Shown one piece after another: positions 34,190 to 45,696 of a DNA stretch of 64,000 bases. Location of the stretch: the sequence record OR670491.1. The stretch is one strand, 5' to 3'. A program made the position numbers and the translations under genes. How positions within the stretch are numbered: position 1 is the stretch's first letter; every line of letters begins with the position of its first letter. A model generated the notes under the pieces. The model was given only the letters and a program-made list of their open reading frames with translations, searched no databases and was not told where the DNA came from.

Positions 34190-35944
34190 ATGTTCGCACT
34201 ACGTAATAAAAAGACTCACCAAATCGTGGATTATGAATGGGTTTGCTATTACAATACTGGCAGCACTGATATGATTCTGTGCCATGATGGTGAAGAACCA
34301 TTTGTAACCAAACGTCGTGAAACACTCGAAGAGATCATCGAAGAATACAATACCAATGTAAATGCTGAAAATGGTCCTTATGGCGATGGCCTACGTGTAG
34401 AGTTACCAGATGCGTATGAAACTGGTAACATGGATTCTTACGAGATTGTAGAACTGGTGGTTAAGTAATGCGTGTAATGTATAAAGTAACTGAGCTAAAC
34501 AAGCGTCTGCTTAAGATTTCTATGTTTGAGGATAAAGAATCTCTCTATAACTTTAAACGTGCTGTAGAGGCTGCTACGCATCTACAGAAGCTTAAGGATA
34601 AAGGATGTATCATTCTTGAAAACAATTCAGTACTGGAAGGTAACTTCAGTGTAGCCTTTGATGAAGCAGAAGATGGAACACTTTCTATGCCACGTTTGGG
34701 TACTGGTGACATGACAGTGTGGATTGGCTTTACTATGGGAAACAAGAAAGGAACTGTATACGTTGATGAAGAAGAGTTGAAAGATAGCTTCAAAAACTTA
34801 TCGTACATCGAACCACAATACTCTCATAAACTAAGTTTATTTTGAGTTGACAATAAAGTTCAGTACTGTATAATGTTTATCAAGGGGATGAACTTCTCAT
34901 CCCCACAATCGAGGAATTGTCATGATTACTTTTAAGAAAACTGCTAACCACATCCATGAGATCTACATTAACGGTCACAAAGCTGGCCTTCTTCGTTTAC
35001 TCGCCCATCATCCGAATATTACCGTATCTGATAATGAACCTAAAGATTGGCGTGTATTTTTCTTTGGAAAGTACAGTGATTTTCAAGTATCAAACCTGAA
35101 GAACATTCGTTCAGTATGCACGTTAACTGAAATTAAAGAAAAGTTAACCAAAGCATTGAAAACTAATCCAGATAGTGTTCTTCCACCTGATAACTTTGTA
35201 GAGAAAGGATATGCCTTAGCTCATTTCAAAGATGGTACTATTCAATCTATCAGTACTGAATATGAATATCAATGGACTGAGTACTTCACTTATGGATCGC
35301 GTAATACATTGATGGCTTCACGTAGTAAATTGGAAGAAGTACTGACTCGTATGAATGAACGCGAGCGTCAATTTTATGACAAACCAGAAATGTGGAGTTC
35401 AACTTACATTGACCGTATTGACTATGTTATTATGACTCCAATATTTGACACTGCTTACTATGATTCTTTGAAATAAGGATAACTTATATGAAACTACGTA
35501 CTCGTAATCGACTGATGGATGCACTGTACCATGAACAGCTTTCACTGAATGAAGTGAAGCGTCAGTTAATGTACACATATCTGTTACCCGCTCGCATTGC
35601 AAAACAACGTGCTAAAGAATTGCTGAAAGAAGCAATCGAGTACTGGGAATCTGATTCGTACTAATTGTCACGTTAATTAAGTGAGGCGATAAATGAAAAT
35701 TTTATTAGTTCTAATACTACTAATTGTTTTACCATTTACGTTAGTATCCCCTGAACTTGCATGGAATGTGTTTGTGTACTTACTATGTACTATTGTAGTA
35801 AATGGTATCTTGTTCTTAGTTCTATTCATAAATGGAATAGGACACGGTGGAGGATGGACCAGAACTGCTGATATTGTACATAAAACCACTATGTCTTTAT
35901 TTGTAGTGTGGAATTTATTCTGGACTTGGTTTGTGTTCTTCTAA
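34190..35944 (+). other. five hypothetical CDS
   Basis: 34190-34468, 34468-34845, 34922-35476, 35488-35664 (58 aa, not in track), 35693-35944 (TM); promoter at 34847-34874 with leader hairpin 34884-34904. Confidence 0.7.
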
Positions 35945-35953
35945 TTAAAAAAT

Positions 35954-36325
35954 ATGAATATAGATTTGAAAGGTGCAACCCGAACTGTCATACTCATTGG
36001 GGAATATGCTATCAAGATTCCAACCTTTAAAAGTTGGAAGCTATTCTTAACAGGGATGATAGCTAACCTCAATGAACGTTCTTGGATGCAGTACTCCAAA
36101 CGTAGTGACAGTGGTATATGTCCTACTTTGTGGTCATCTATGACTGGTCTGATAACAGTACAGAAGCGATGTAAACCAGTACATCACCGAGGATTGTTTT
36201 GGGTGGAGTTGTGTGCGTTAGCATCGAAATCAGAGTTGAGTACTGACTTCTTTTATTCAGATGCGAAGCCAGAAAACTTTGGGTATCTGAATGGTAAGTT
36301 AGTTAAACTTGATTACGGAGATTAA
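35954..36325 (+). CDS. minimal protein-kinase-like protein
   Basis: KGATRTV (Gly loop), YAIKIP (Lys), NLNE (alpha-C Glu), DAKPENFG (catalytic loop) and KLDYG (DFG equivalent) in 123 aa. Confidence 0.7.
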   Translation: MNIDLKGATRTVILIGEYAIKIPTFKSWKLFLTGMIANLNERSWMQYSKRSDSGICPTLWSSMTGLITVQKRCKPVHHRGLFWVELCALASKSELSTDFFYSDAKPENFGYLNGKLVKLDYGD

Positions 36326-36326
36326 T

Positions 36327-38000
36327 ATGTACGCATTATATAATAAAGAAAAGAAACGATTCGCTAAGGTTGAAATTTTTATTGATACATTTGATATGTT
36401 AGAGTATTGTATCATCACTGATACTTATGAAGCATTGTATTACGTTCTTGATGACGTATCAGTACTGCAACGATTACTTGAGCGTTCAAAAAGTACATGC
36501 CAGGGTATCCATGATGGTTCATCTTATGAAACACCTGATTGTCCACACGGTCAACTCGATGGGTATGAGATTGTTAAGTTGGGAATTATTGAGTAAAAGG
36601 TATTGACACAGTTCCCATTTAACAGTATTATGTATGTACACCAACTAATGAGGAATCTGAAATGGCATCTTTAACTGAAATCACTGAACTTAATCCACTG
36701 GCAATTAGTACTGTTCAACGCACCAAGACGTTTTACTTCCGTCCAGCAGAAGGTTGGAAGCGTGGCGTGAATGGTGATTATCGTGAACTGGAAGATAATC
36801 TCGTGGGACGTGTTAATTCAGAACTTAATGTTTATGAAGGTGTTAAGGTTGTACGTTCACATTCTCGTTATTTTGAATACTACATTGAGTCTTCATCAGT
36901 GAATGAAAACAGTTCATTTTCTGTTGACAATACTGATACACTGCGTAATGCAGTATCTATTCTATGTAACATTGCAGAAGAGATGGGATTAACTATCGTA
37001 ACGATTGGTGAGTTAGCATGATTAAAACTTTTATTCTTACAATGGTATTTGGTTCTTATGGTGCTGGTGTGCACCAGTAACTAAGAAATAAAAAAAGGTT
37101 GACAGTAGTCATCCCTTTCTATATAATTAATACATCTTAAGCGAACGAGGATTTACAAATGAATGCAACTCTGAATGGTAAAAATATCAACGTAGCTACT
37201 ATTGCTGCAATTCTGCTAAACAATCGTGAAGTAACTATTGACTTACCACTTACAACTAAAACTGGTATTCTCATTACACGAAATGAATCACACTTCGTTG
37301 GTTACAAAAAGCAAGATGTTATTTCCGTTTGTTTTTATGAATCAGACGGCATCGACGACGAAGTAACTAGTACTGAATACTTCAATACCGACATGATTGA
37401 ATCAGCATCTAAAGCTGCACTTGAGCGTCATGCAAGTGAAGATCCAACTGAAGCATCCAACTTCAGTGTTTCATTTGAAAACACTTTCATCAAAATTGAT
37501 GAAAATGTTATTGATTTTGAAATGGCTGATATCAGTCCGATGGATCTCAATGGCCTTCCAACTGTTAAAGGATAATACAAATGAAATGTCCAATCTGTGA
37601 AAAACAATTGAATGTTGGATCAATTCCTTTCCTTTGGATGGATCGCTACGGTGATAAATGCGTTGCCAGGACTGAATGCTGTGGTCATGCAGTAACAATG
37701 CGTAAGGTTTCAACCTATACAGCAGACCCGTATGTTGGTGAGCGAAGCGAAGATGATTGGGGTACAGAGTTTACTCCTTTGAAGTCTAAAATCCAAGCAC
37801 AAGTAAACGATGAACTTTATGATTCAGTACTGATGCACTTGAAGAACAACGAACTGAGAGAAGCACTTGATGTTATTCGTTCTATTAAGAACCCTTTAAC
37901 AGCAGCTTGGGTGACTCATCAAGTACTGGAATATTTGGATACACCTAGCCAAAAACAAACGCGTAACTGGCTCATTAACGCATTGTATAGTGGAGTATAA
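36327..38000 (+). other. four hypothetical CDS
   Basis: 36327-36596, 36662-37021, 37159-37575, 37581-38000 (CPIC...CCGH zinc-ribbon-like). Confidence 0.7.
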
Positions 38001-38046
38001 GAGTAGTTGTAATCGAAGCTGTAATTTATATGTTGAGGTAGTTCAA

Positions 38047-38139
38047 ATGAAAGTTATGTTTGTATACAACGAATTTGAAGAATGCAAAGGTTGTGGTTTG
38101 CCGAACTATCTTTGTTCCTGTCATGGTGAGTATTTCTGA
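38047..38139 (+). CDS. 30-aa Cys-rich microprotein
   Basis: MKVMFVYNEFEECKGCGLPNYLCSCHGEYF with GAGGT RBS; not in track. Confidence 0.55.
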   Translation: MKVMFVYNEFEECKGCGLPNYLCSCHGEYF

Positions 38140-38145
38140 AATAAA

Positions 38146-38178
38146 GGGTTGACTTCGGTCAGCCCTTTTTGCTATAAT
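38146..38178 (+). promoter_or_regulatory. fused terminator-promoter cassette
   Basis: Identical to 31982-32014. Confidence 0.85.
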
Positions 38179-38206
38179 ACTTTCATCAAGACGAGAGGAT
38201 GAAAAC

Positions 38207-38722
38207 ATGACACGCATTAACTTAGTACACGTTAAAGAACTTGCTGACCAACATCTGATGGCTGAATACCGTGAACTCCCACGCGTGTTTGGTGCTGTAC
38301 AAAAACATGTTCAAGCACGTAAACGTGTCCGTGATTTCAAAATTAACAGTACTTACCTGTTAGGTTCAGGTCATGTAACATTCTTCTACGACAAGTTACT
38401 TTACTTACAGAAGCGACATATTGATATTGTCAACGAATGTTTGCGTCGTGGTATGAAGATTCAAAACACTGAAGTAAACGATATCAGTGGGTTCCCTGCT
38501 GAGTTTTGTAATGATTACGTACCATCGGAGTCAGAGATTAAAACATCGCGTGAGCGTTTGATTGAGAAGCTCCAGATGAAGCCTAAGTGGTATAAATTTA
38601 CTGATGTTGAATGTCCACAGTACGTTAAAGATATGCAGAACGTAAGTAGTAAGATCGAATCTAGTACTGATATGTTCGACGAAATTGAAGAACAAATCAA
38701 AGATGAAATGAATAATTATTAA
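38207..38722 (+). CDS. denV: pyrimidine-dimer DNA glycosylase (endonuclease V)
   Basis: MTRINL...[18 protein letters not shown]...[13 protein letters not shown] matches T4 DenV, including catalytic Thr2 and Glu23 equivalents; acidic C-terminal extension. Confidence 0.95.
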   Translation: MTRINLVHVKELADQHLMAEYRELPRVFGAVQKHVQARKRVRDFKINSTYLLGSGHVTFFYDKLLYLQKRHIDIVNECLRRGMKIQNTEVNDISGFPAEFCNDYVPSESEIKTSRERLIEKLQMKPKWYKFTDVECPQYVKDMQNVSSKIESSTDMFDEIEEQIKDEMNNY

Positions 38723-38760
38723 AGGAAAGGATTGACTTCGGTCACACAAAGGAACATAAC

Positions 38761-39329
38761 ATGTTATTACTATATTCAAAGCGTTTCTGGATTTCTTTCA
38801 TTGTACTTTCGCTAATCGGCTTCGGTGTGAGTATAATCTTTTCGTGGGATGAATTGGGTACATGGTATTATGAAGTTCCGTGGTACATGAAGATAGCTCC
38901 TTGTTACGCGGCATTGTTCGTGTCCTTCCTTATTGTTGTCTTCAGTGAGGATTAGTTGATGTAGTGGCTGATAAATCACATGAATTACTAAGGGTACGTT
39001 GGCCTCATCTTAATGAGAAGAAATAAACATTTTAAAGGGTTGACTTCTGTCAGCCCTTTTTGCTATAATTATTTCATTAACTAAAGAGGTAATACATGAA
39101 ACTATCTTTTATACGTTTAGCAGAATTCTTCGGTACTGATATCATTACTTTACAACAAATTGCAGACAATACTTCATTAAGTACACAAGAAGTACTTGAC
39201 TTGGATGTAATTAAGTGCGATAATACTTCCATCGATTACAAAGAAGGTCTTGTCGAAAAAGATAAGATTCAGGCTAAGATTAATGGTGCTGGACGGGTTC
39301 AGTACTGGAAAGGAGTTTTAAGTAAATGA
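38761..39329 (+). other. two small CDS (38761-38955, 2-TM; 39096-39329)
   Basis: ORF track; cassette copy at 39037-39069 precedes the second. Confidence 0.65.
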
Positions 39330-40750
39330 AAATTTATATTGATAAATTTGGAACGACTTATGAATATTATGATTATACACATTATAATTCATATATACAA
39401 AAAAATCATAACCAAATGTCACCTTATTTGCATTATGAAGATTTAATGGAACTATTCTCTAAAAATGTAAATTCTATTAAATTTATTGGTTTTAAAGATG
39501 CAACATGGAAAAGTTCACATACGCATGTGTATTTTGAATATGATAATATGGTATATGAACATTCAATATCAAATATCAAAACAAAATTCGCTGATCATAG
39601 ACATAAACCAGGTAGAATATGTAGAACCTTGGAACAAATTATAAATGAGTCCATTTATATATTTAAAAAATATGATAAATTTAATTTTCATAGCAGTGCA
39701 TCATTTAATGGAGCACGAACTATAATCAATTATACAATTGAAGGACGTGAAAGAATATTTTCTATATCATTCAATTCATTAATAAAAGATTTTAAAGGGG
39801 GAAGCCCATGTTATTCATATGAAGAAGTAGAAAATATATCTATAAAAAAATTAAATGAACATAATTTGAGATTTATCTCAATTAGTAAATTTAATGGTGT
39901 GTTTAGTTGTATTGAATATGAACAACCAACACAGAAAGGAAAAAAATATGTTGATTTTAATATATTAATCTATAATGAATGGAAAGGTAATCTACCGAAT
40001 ATAACTAATGAAGAGGTGAATAATCGAATTTCAGAAAAAATGAAAAAACTAAATATCAATGAATATGAAATTGTAGAATATAACAGTACTAGGAGCATGG
40101 TTGAATATACAGTTGATGATATTTCATATACAACTAGTTACGATAAGATTATGCATCCAACTTGGAAAGGTAATCCAAGATATACAAAAGAAAGAATAAT
40201 AAAATTGTCGAAAAAATATTGCAAGGGTAAAAAATTTCAATTTAATAAAATAATTGGTAATGTTAAAGGAATTAATACTATCATTGAATTAGAACTTGAA
40301 AATGGTATGTTTATATATCCAAAATTTATACAATTAAAAGGAGGTTCTGACTTTAATACATCCACTGATGGTAAGATTTTAACAGAAATAATTTATCCTT
40401 TGTTCGACAATTATATCACACAAAAACGTTTTGAAAATTGTAGAAATCCTGAAACTGGATACTTGTTGCCATATGATTTGTATGTTCCAGAATTTAATTT
40501 ATTATTAGAAAAAGATGGAGTGCAACATTACAATCCAACAGCATATTTTAATAAAACATATGAATCATATTTGAAATTGAGAGAGAGAGATGAATTTAAA
40601 AACAAATATGCCATATCAAATGGTTATAATTTCATGCGAATAGCAGATTATGAAGATCATGAAAAAATATTGAAATCTTTCCTTAAACTCATTGAAGAGA
40701 ATCCAGGAAAGCAAATCGTGCAGATCTATGGTGAAGTACAAATTATCTAA
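39326..40750 (+). mobile_element. putative homing endonuclease (C-terminal Vsr/DUF559-like nuclease)
   Basis: 474 aa, visibly more AT-rich than its neighbours; C-terminal LPYDLYVPEFNLLLEKDGVQHY; internal repeats ending in KG(G/N)xP. Confidence 0.7.
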
Positions 40751-40757
40751 AACAAAA

Positions 40758-40790
40758 GGGTTGACACTAGTCAGCCCTTTTTGCTATAAT
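40758..40790 (+). promoter_or_regulatory. fused terminator-promoter cassette
   Basis: GGGTTGAC-ACTA-GTCAGCCC-T5-GC-TATAAT. Confidence 0.85.
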
Positions 40791-40818
40791 CATTTCATCA
40801 ACTCAAGAGGATAAAGAC

Positions 40819-41592
40819 ATGACCCGTACAGAGAAAGCAATCCAAATCGAAAAGAACTTCAACAGCATGATGGCAGCTTTGGAATGTTTACTTGATACCC
40901 AAGCTAATTCAATCAATTCCCTGATTGTATCTGGTAAAGGTGGTGTTGGTAAAACTTACAACGTTGACCAGCGTTTACAGAAAGCTGATGATAACTTTGA
41001 AATCGACTACAAAAAGATCAGCGGTAAAGTAACCACTATGGGTTTGTACGAAGCACTGTATCGTTCACGTCATGCCGCTTCAGTACTGTTACTTGATGAC
41101 GTTGATATCTTCAGTGATGAAACTAACATTGACTTGCTCAAAGCAGTGTTGGACACGTCGGAGAAGCGGGTTGTATCTTATGCAACTTCTGGTAAGTACC
41201 TGGAGCAGCAGGGTATTCCTAAGCAGTTTGAATTCCGTGGGAAGGTAATCTTCCTGACGAACAAAAACCTGTCACAGATTGCTAAAGGTAAAAGCAGTTT
41301 AGCACCACACATTGATGCACTGATTACTCGTAGTATCTTTGTTGACCTACAACTGTTCACCAACGAAGAAGTCATGATTCACATTGAGAACATCATGAAC
41401 AAGACTAACATTCTTGAGAACAATGGTGTTAATAAAAATGGTTGTAAAGCAATCCTGAACTGGATGCTGAACAACGAAGAAAACCTGCGTTCACCTTCAC
41501 TGCGTATGCCGTGCCTGATTGCTGGTTTGTACAACAAATTCCCGTATGATTGGGAATCAATGGCAGAAAACATGTTCCTGGAAAAGAACTAA
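40819..41592 (+). CDS. AAA+ family ATPase
   Basis: Walker A GKGGVGKT, Walker B LLLDDVD, downstream FLTN sensor-1-like and ALITRS arginine-finger-like motifs. Confidence 0.85.
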   Translation: MTRTEKAIQIEKNFNSMMAALECLLDTQANSINSLIVSGKGGVGKTYNVDQRLQKADDNFEIDYKKISGKVTTMGLYEALYRSRHAASVLLLDDVDIFSDETNIDLLKAVLDTSEKRVVSYATSGKYLEQQGIPKQFEFRGKVIFLTNKNLSQIAKGKSSLAPHIDALITRSIFVDLQLFTNEEVMIHIENIMNKTNILENNGVNKNGCKAILNWMLNNEENLRSPSLRMPCLIAGLYNKFPYDWESMAENMFLEKN

Positions 41593-41651
41593 TACTTGAC
41601 AGTACTACCAATGTACAGTACAATACCTGTATTGAAAAGCGAGGAAACGAT

Positions 41652-44419
41652 ATGCAAGAATTTATAACACAAGATTGGGTACGAAGTTTGACATTCTTCT
41701 ATATGTTGGGGTTCGTATATTATCATGTACTGGTTGGTATACTATGGTACTTTAAGAAGCGAGCGTGTTTAACTCTGTATCCAGAATGGATGATTTTATT
41801 TTCTGTCGTACAAGGCGTTGGTGTGTTATTTGGGGCAATAACACATTGGGTGTATGTGACTGACCCTAGATTAATTTATATTGCACCTTACTTTGTATTT
41901 GGATTTGGTATCATATTTTTGTGCATGAGTGCAATATATGGTTTGGTAGTTTATCGTAGAAAAATTGTTGGCGATTTATAAGGGGATACAAAGATGGGTT
42001 CTGATTACATTGAGTTTATTTTGAATAGCGGCATTGTACAAACTATTTCTATGTGTATCTTTTATCTTTATATTTTTGTTTGTGCATTTTTCTTTATTGG
42101 ATGGTACTTTAAACGTCCTTACTACGAAGTATATGCATACAGTGAAGAACTAAGTATTGCTAATAATATCTTAGCGTACTGTAGTGTAGGAGCATTAATT
42201 ATTGCAGTTGCAAGTGATAAAGGCTTAAATGTTGCATTTGCATTCTCTTATGGTGTCTGTGCATTGCCAGCATTCATTTTCTTTGGTATTATATTAGTAC
42301 TGAAATACCTTAACAAACTACGTAACCACATTCCAGAGGCATAATATGGAGTACTTTCTGAGTTTATTACCAATGCACATTCTAATCGCTACAGGTTATT
42401 ATGTATTCTTTGCAGTATTCTTTTTCCTGATGTGGTTCTTCAAACGACCCATTTCAGTCGTGATTGACCGTAACTACTGGCCTCCTATGTTACACGTTTG
42501 GTACTGGTTTTCGTGCTTTATGTCTATTATTCACTACGCTTTGATTAGTACTGGTCAACGTTCAAATGGGGAAGGTATTTGTACTGTGTTTTTTATATTA
42601 GGAACAGCGGTATATATATTTCTTCTAGTAACACCACTGATTCAGAAGTTACGTTCTAAGATTCCTGACGTGAGAGGTCACTAACAATGTTTGAATTTGT
42701 AATGTTTACAGTAATTTCATTTTACTTTTGTATTTGCTGGGTTGGATTTCTCTTTGCACTGAAATCTTTTATCTTCTTTGAGAAGCAAGCAAAAGAGTTT
42801 TGGTTCCCAATCGCAGTAGTGACAGTAACATCACTGATTTGGGTATGGAAATTGTCATATGGTACATATGATGACATTCAGGTAGCACAATTTCTTCTTG
42901 GCCCTTGTGTAGTTGTATTTGTAGTAAGTTCAATTCCACCATTGTGTCGTGCAGTGAAGTCGTTTCATATGAAACAAAAAGCTAAACGCAGATAAAGGAT
43001 AATAACATGCAAATTGAATTGATTCTATTCATCATCTGTGCTGTGTACATGTTATCGTGTTGGGTTGGATACCTGTTCGCAATCCCTGTATTTGACTTTT
43101 TTGAGAAACAATGCAAGAATGGTTTTATATGGGCGTGGGGTGCAACATTCAACAGTGTAATATGGACAGTACTACTTATATTCCATCCTCCTGAAGATAT
43201 GTACGGTGTGAGGATAGTACTGGTTATGACGCTTATATTAGTTGGATTATCAGCCTGTGAAGCACTATACAAAGTATTCACTTCCGTTCGTTTGAAGTAC
43301 TTGAATAAGAGGAAAGATGTATGATTACATTTACATTAAATGCATTGACAGTAATTCTATGCTATAGTACACTAGTCTACATTGGTAAATTCTTTTGTGT
43401 AAGATTCTTTGAAGCACAATACGATGCAGCGGCTGAAGACGATATTGATAATGTTGCTATCAGTGCTATGTGTTATTGTTTTGGTTTATTCTTCACTGTA
43501 TGTGCATGGTTAACGTACTATTATGATTTTGGATACCTAGAGGGTGACAGATTCTTACTAGTGTTGTTATTGGTATTCGGTTCATTTTGTGTCGTGATAC
43601 ACTTTTTTATTCTTGTGTGTACTAGTGTAGTATATAAGTTAGTTCCGTTCTTTAAAGATTTGCACAGTAAAATCCGTGCTAAGAAGAGAGGTGAGTGATG
43701 TTATCATTTGCGGGTCAGATTATCGTCATGGGTATTACATTATTATTCACGGTGAATAGTATTATTTTACTCGGTAAGTACTTTAATATTCGTCCAATGA
43801 ATAAGTTGTACGATAAATTAAAAGAAGATAATCCATTCTATGTATTTTTATCTGTAGCAATTGGCATAGGTTTCGTTTTAGAAGTTATTGGTTTAATTGC
43901 ATCTGCACCAGTTGTGATTGTTTTTGGAATCTTTTCTGCTACATGTGGGTTATTATTATTTTCTTTAGGTTTAATACTCGACCTATCGATTAACATTGGT
44001 ATTAAACTTAAGAAGTTTCATGAAAAGCAACTTCAGAGGGACGTAAAATGACATACCGTGAGTACTTCCTAATTGTTCATATCTTATTTTTTACCGTATT
44101 TTCTGTTGTAGGGTTGATGTATTATTTTTGTATTCAACCAGTGTACAATTACTTCCAGAAGACTACTGACACAAAGGTTGTTGGTACAATTGCTGCAATC
44201 CTATTATATATGTTGAGTATCCTTCTTATAATTGGTGAAGTATTTTTTGATGGTATGCCAAATTCAGACGGTTTGCTTATTCATGAGTTTATAACTGGTT
44301 TATATTGTTTAGTTGGGTTTATTGCATTTGTGATTTTTACAGTGTACAGGATCTATAAATTTTTCATGTATCTTGGTGGACTACACGATTCTATTCGTCA
44401 GAAACGTATGGGGGAATAA
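41652..44419 (+). other. tandem array of eight 3-TM family membrane proteins
   Basis: 41652-41981, 41994-42344, 42346-42684, 42687-42995, 43007-43324, 43321-43698, 43695-44051, 44048-44419; 100-125 aa, three hydrophobic segments, basic C-terminal tail. Confidence 0.75.
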
Positions 44420-44425
44420 AAAAAT

Positions 44426-44460
44426 ACCCAGTACTGAAATATTGTACTGGGTATTTTAAT
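44426..44460 (+). terminator. terminator-like hairpin built on GTAC arms
   Basis: ACCCAGTAC...GTACTGGGT followed by ATTTT. Confidence 0.6.
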
Positions 44461-44465
44461 ATATT

Positions 44466-45668
44466 ATGAGATTCATTAAAGCGAGCTTGCAATCACAAAA
44501 GAAATGTCAAATTATAATTGAACACGATGGTTTGAAGATATCAGCATTTGATTTTGGAAGTACTAAACATTCTATTTGCTTTAATGATCCTGACAACGCA
44601 GTGTATTGTCTTATGATTAAAGTAAACTACTTACATAAACTTATAACAGAACCTGAATATTTTGTTCGTTTCAAAAACTTTAGTACAGAGAAACTACATG
44701 AGATATATAGAATTTCAATGATTGCATATACATTTTTGGGAATACCTGATGATGAACTTGATGTGACATTCCCTGGTGAAGCTAAAATACCTAAAGAATC
44801 ATTTTGGAAGGATTTATGAAACACAGACTTAATAAGTTTTACACTGACTATTTCAAAGATGTAAATGCATTCTTTAAAAAATACAAGATGCATACTAAAA
44901 ATGCACAGAACAGACGAAACCCAGCATTTGCCAGACCAAGTAGAAATATTACTTCATGTACACCTACGTGCTCAACGAAAAAGATGTTAAGTGCCAAAGG
45001 TATAAAGATAGCTTATATTGAAGCATATAAAGATAATGCACGTTTGAATAGTACTGATGATATTAAATTCAGTTCTGTTAAAATGAAAATTGGTGATATT
45101 CAGTGTGAAATGGCTGTTGATTTGGAATACAATCTGGAAATCAGAATGTATGTAGCTCACGATAGTTCACGAAAAGTGGAATTAATGGGAATAACATCTT
45201 ATATTTGTAAAGATACAGATGGATTTGCATTGAAAACTTCAACGTTCAACGTTGATTCGGTAGATGATCTCGATGGTGCATTAAATCATCTGATGAGTTC
45301 TGAATGTACAGACGAACTAATGTTCCAGTACTCACTGTTGTATAAAGATATTGACCAGTACATTGAAATGTGCAAAGTACTACAACGTGTATATGATATG
45401 TACATGAAGACTGGAAAACTAACTGCATTTATTTTATATAACGCAGTAGAGGTATGATATGGAAAAGTTTTATAGTTCACTACTTCTATCTACTGAACTT
45501 GTATCATTTATGGTGTGCAAGACTAAGAAAGATTATTACATTAATAATCCAAATCCTTTAAATGATATAGAGCTATCACTTAAATTTGTAAATTGTACTG
45601 AAAATATATTAAAGTACAACAATAAAGTTTATTTTAATGTATTGAAATTGATATTTGTATATAACTAA
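44466..45668 (+). other. three CDS; 44804-45457 is a FQxS-motif family member
   Basis: 44466-44819, 44804-45457 (TDELMFQYSLLYKD), 45459-45668. Confidence 0.7.
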
Positions 45669-45671
45669 AAA

Positions 45672-45690
45672 GCCAGTACAAAGTACTGGC
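45672..45690. terminator. bidirectional terminator
   Basis: GCCAGTAC-AAA-GTACTGGC flanked by A and T tracts between convergent blocks. Confidence 0.8.
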
Positions 45691-45696
45691 TTTATT

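Noticed and set aside
37018-37080. 20-aa ORF MIKTFILTMVFGSYGAGVHQ
   Set aside because: May be a truncated small exported gene, but too short to call.
44466-44819. Possible 14th FQxS-family member (TEPEYFVRF)
   Set aside because: Lacks the Q and S of the motif; not counted.
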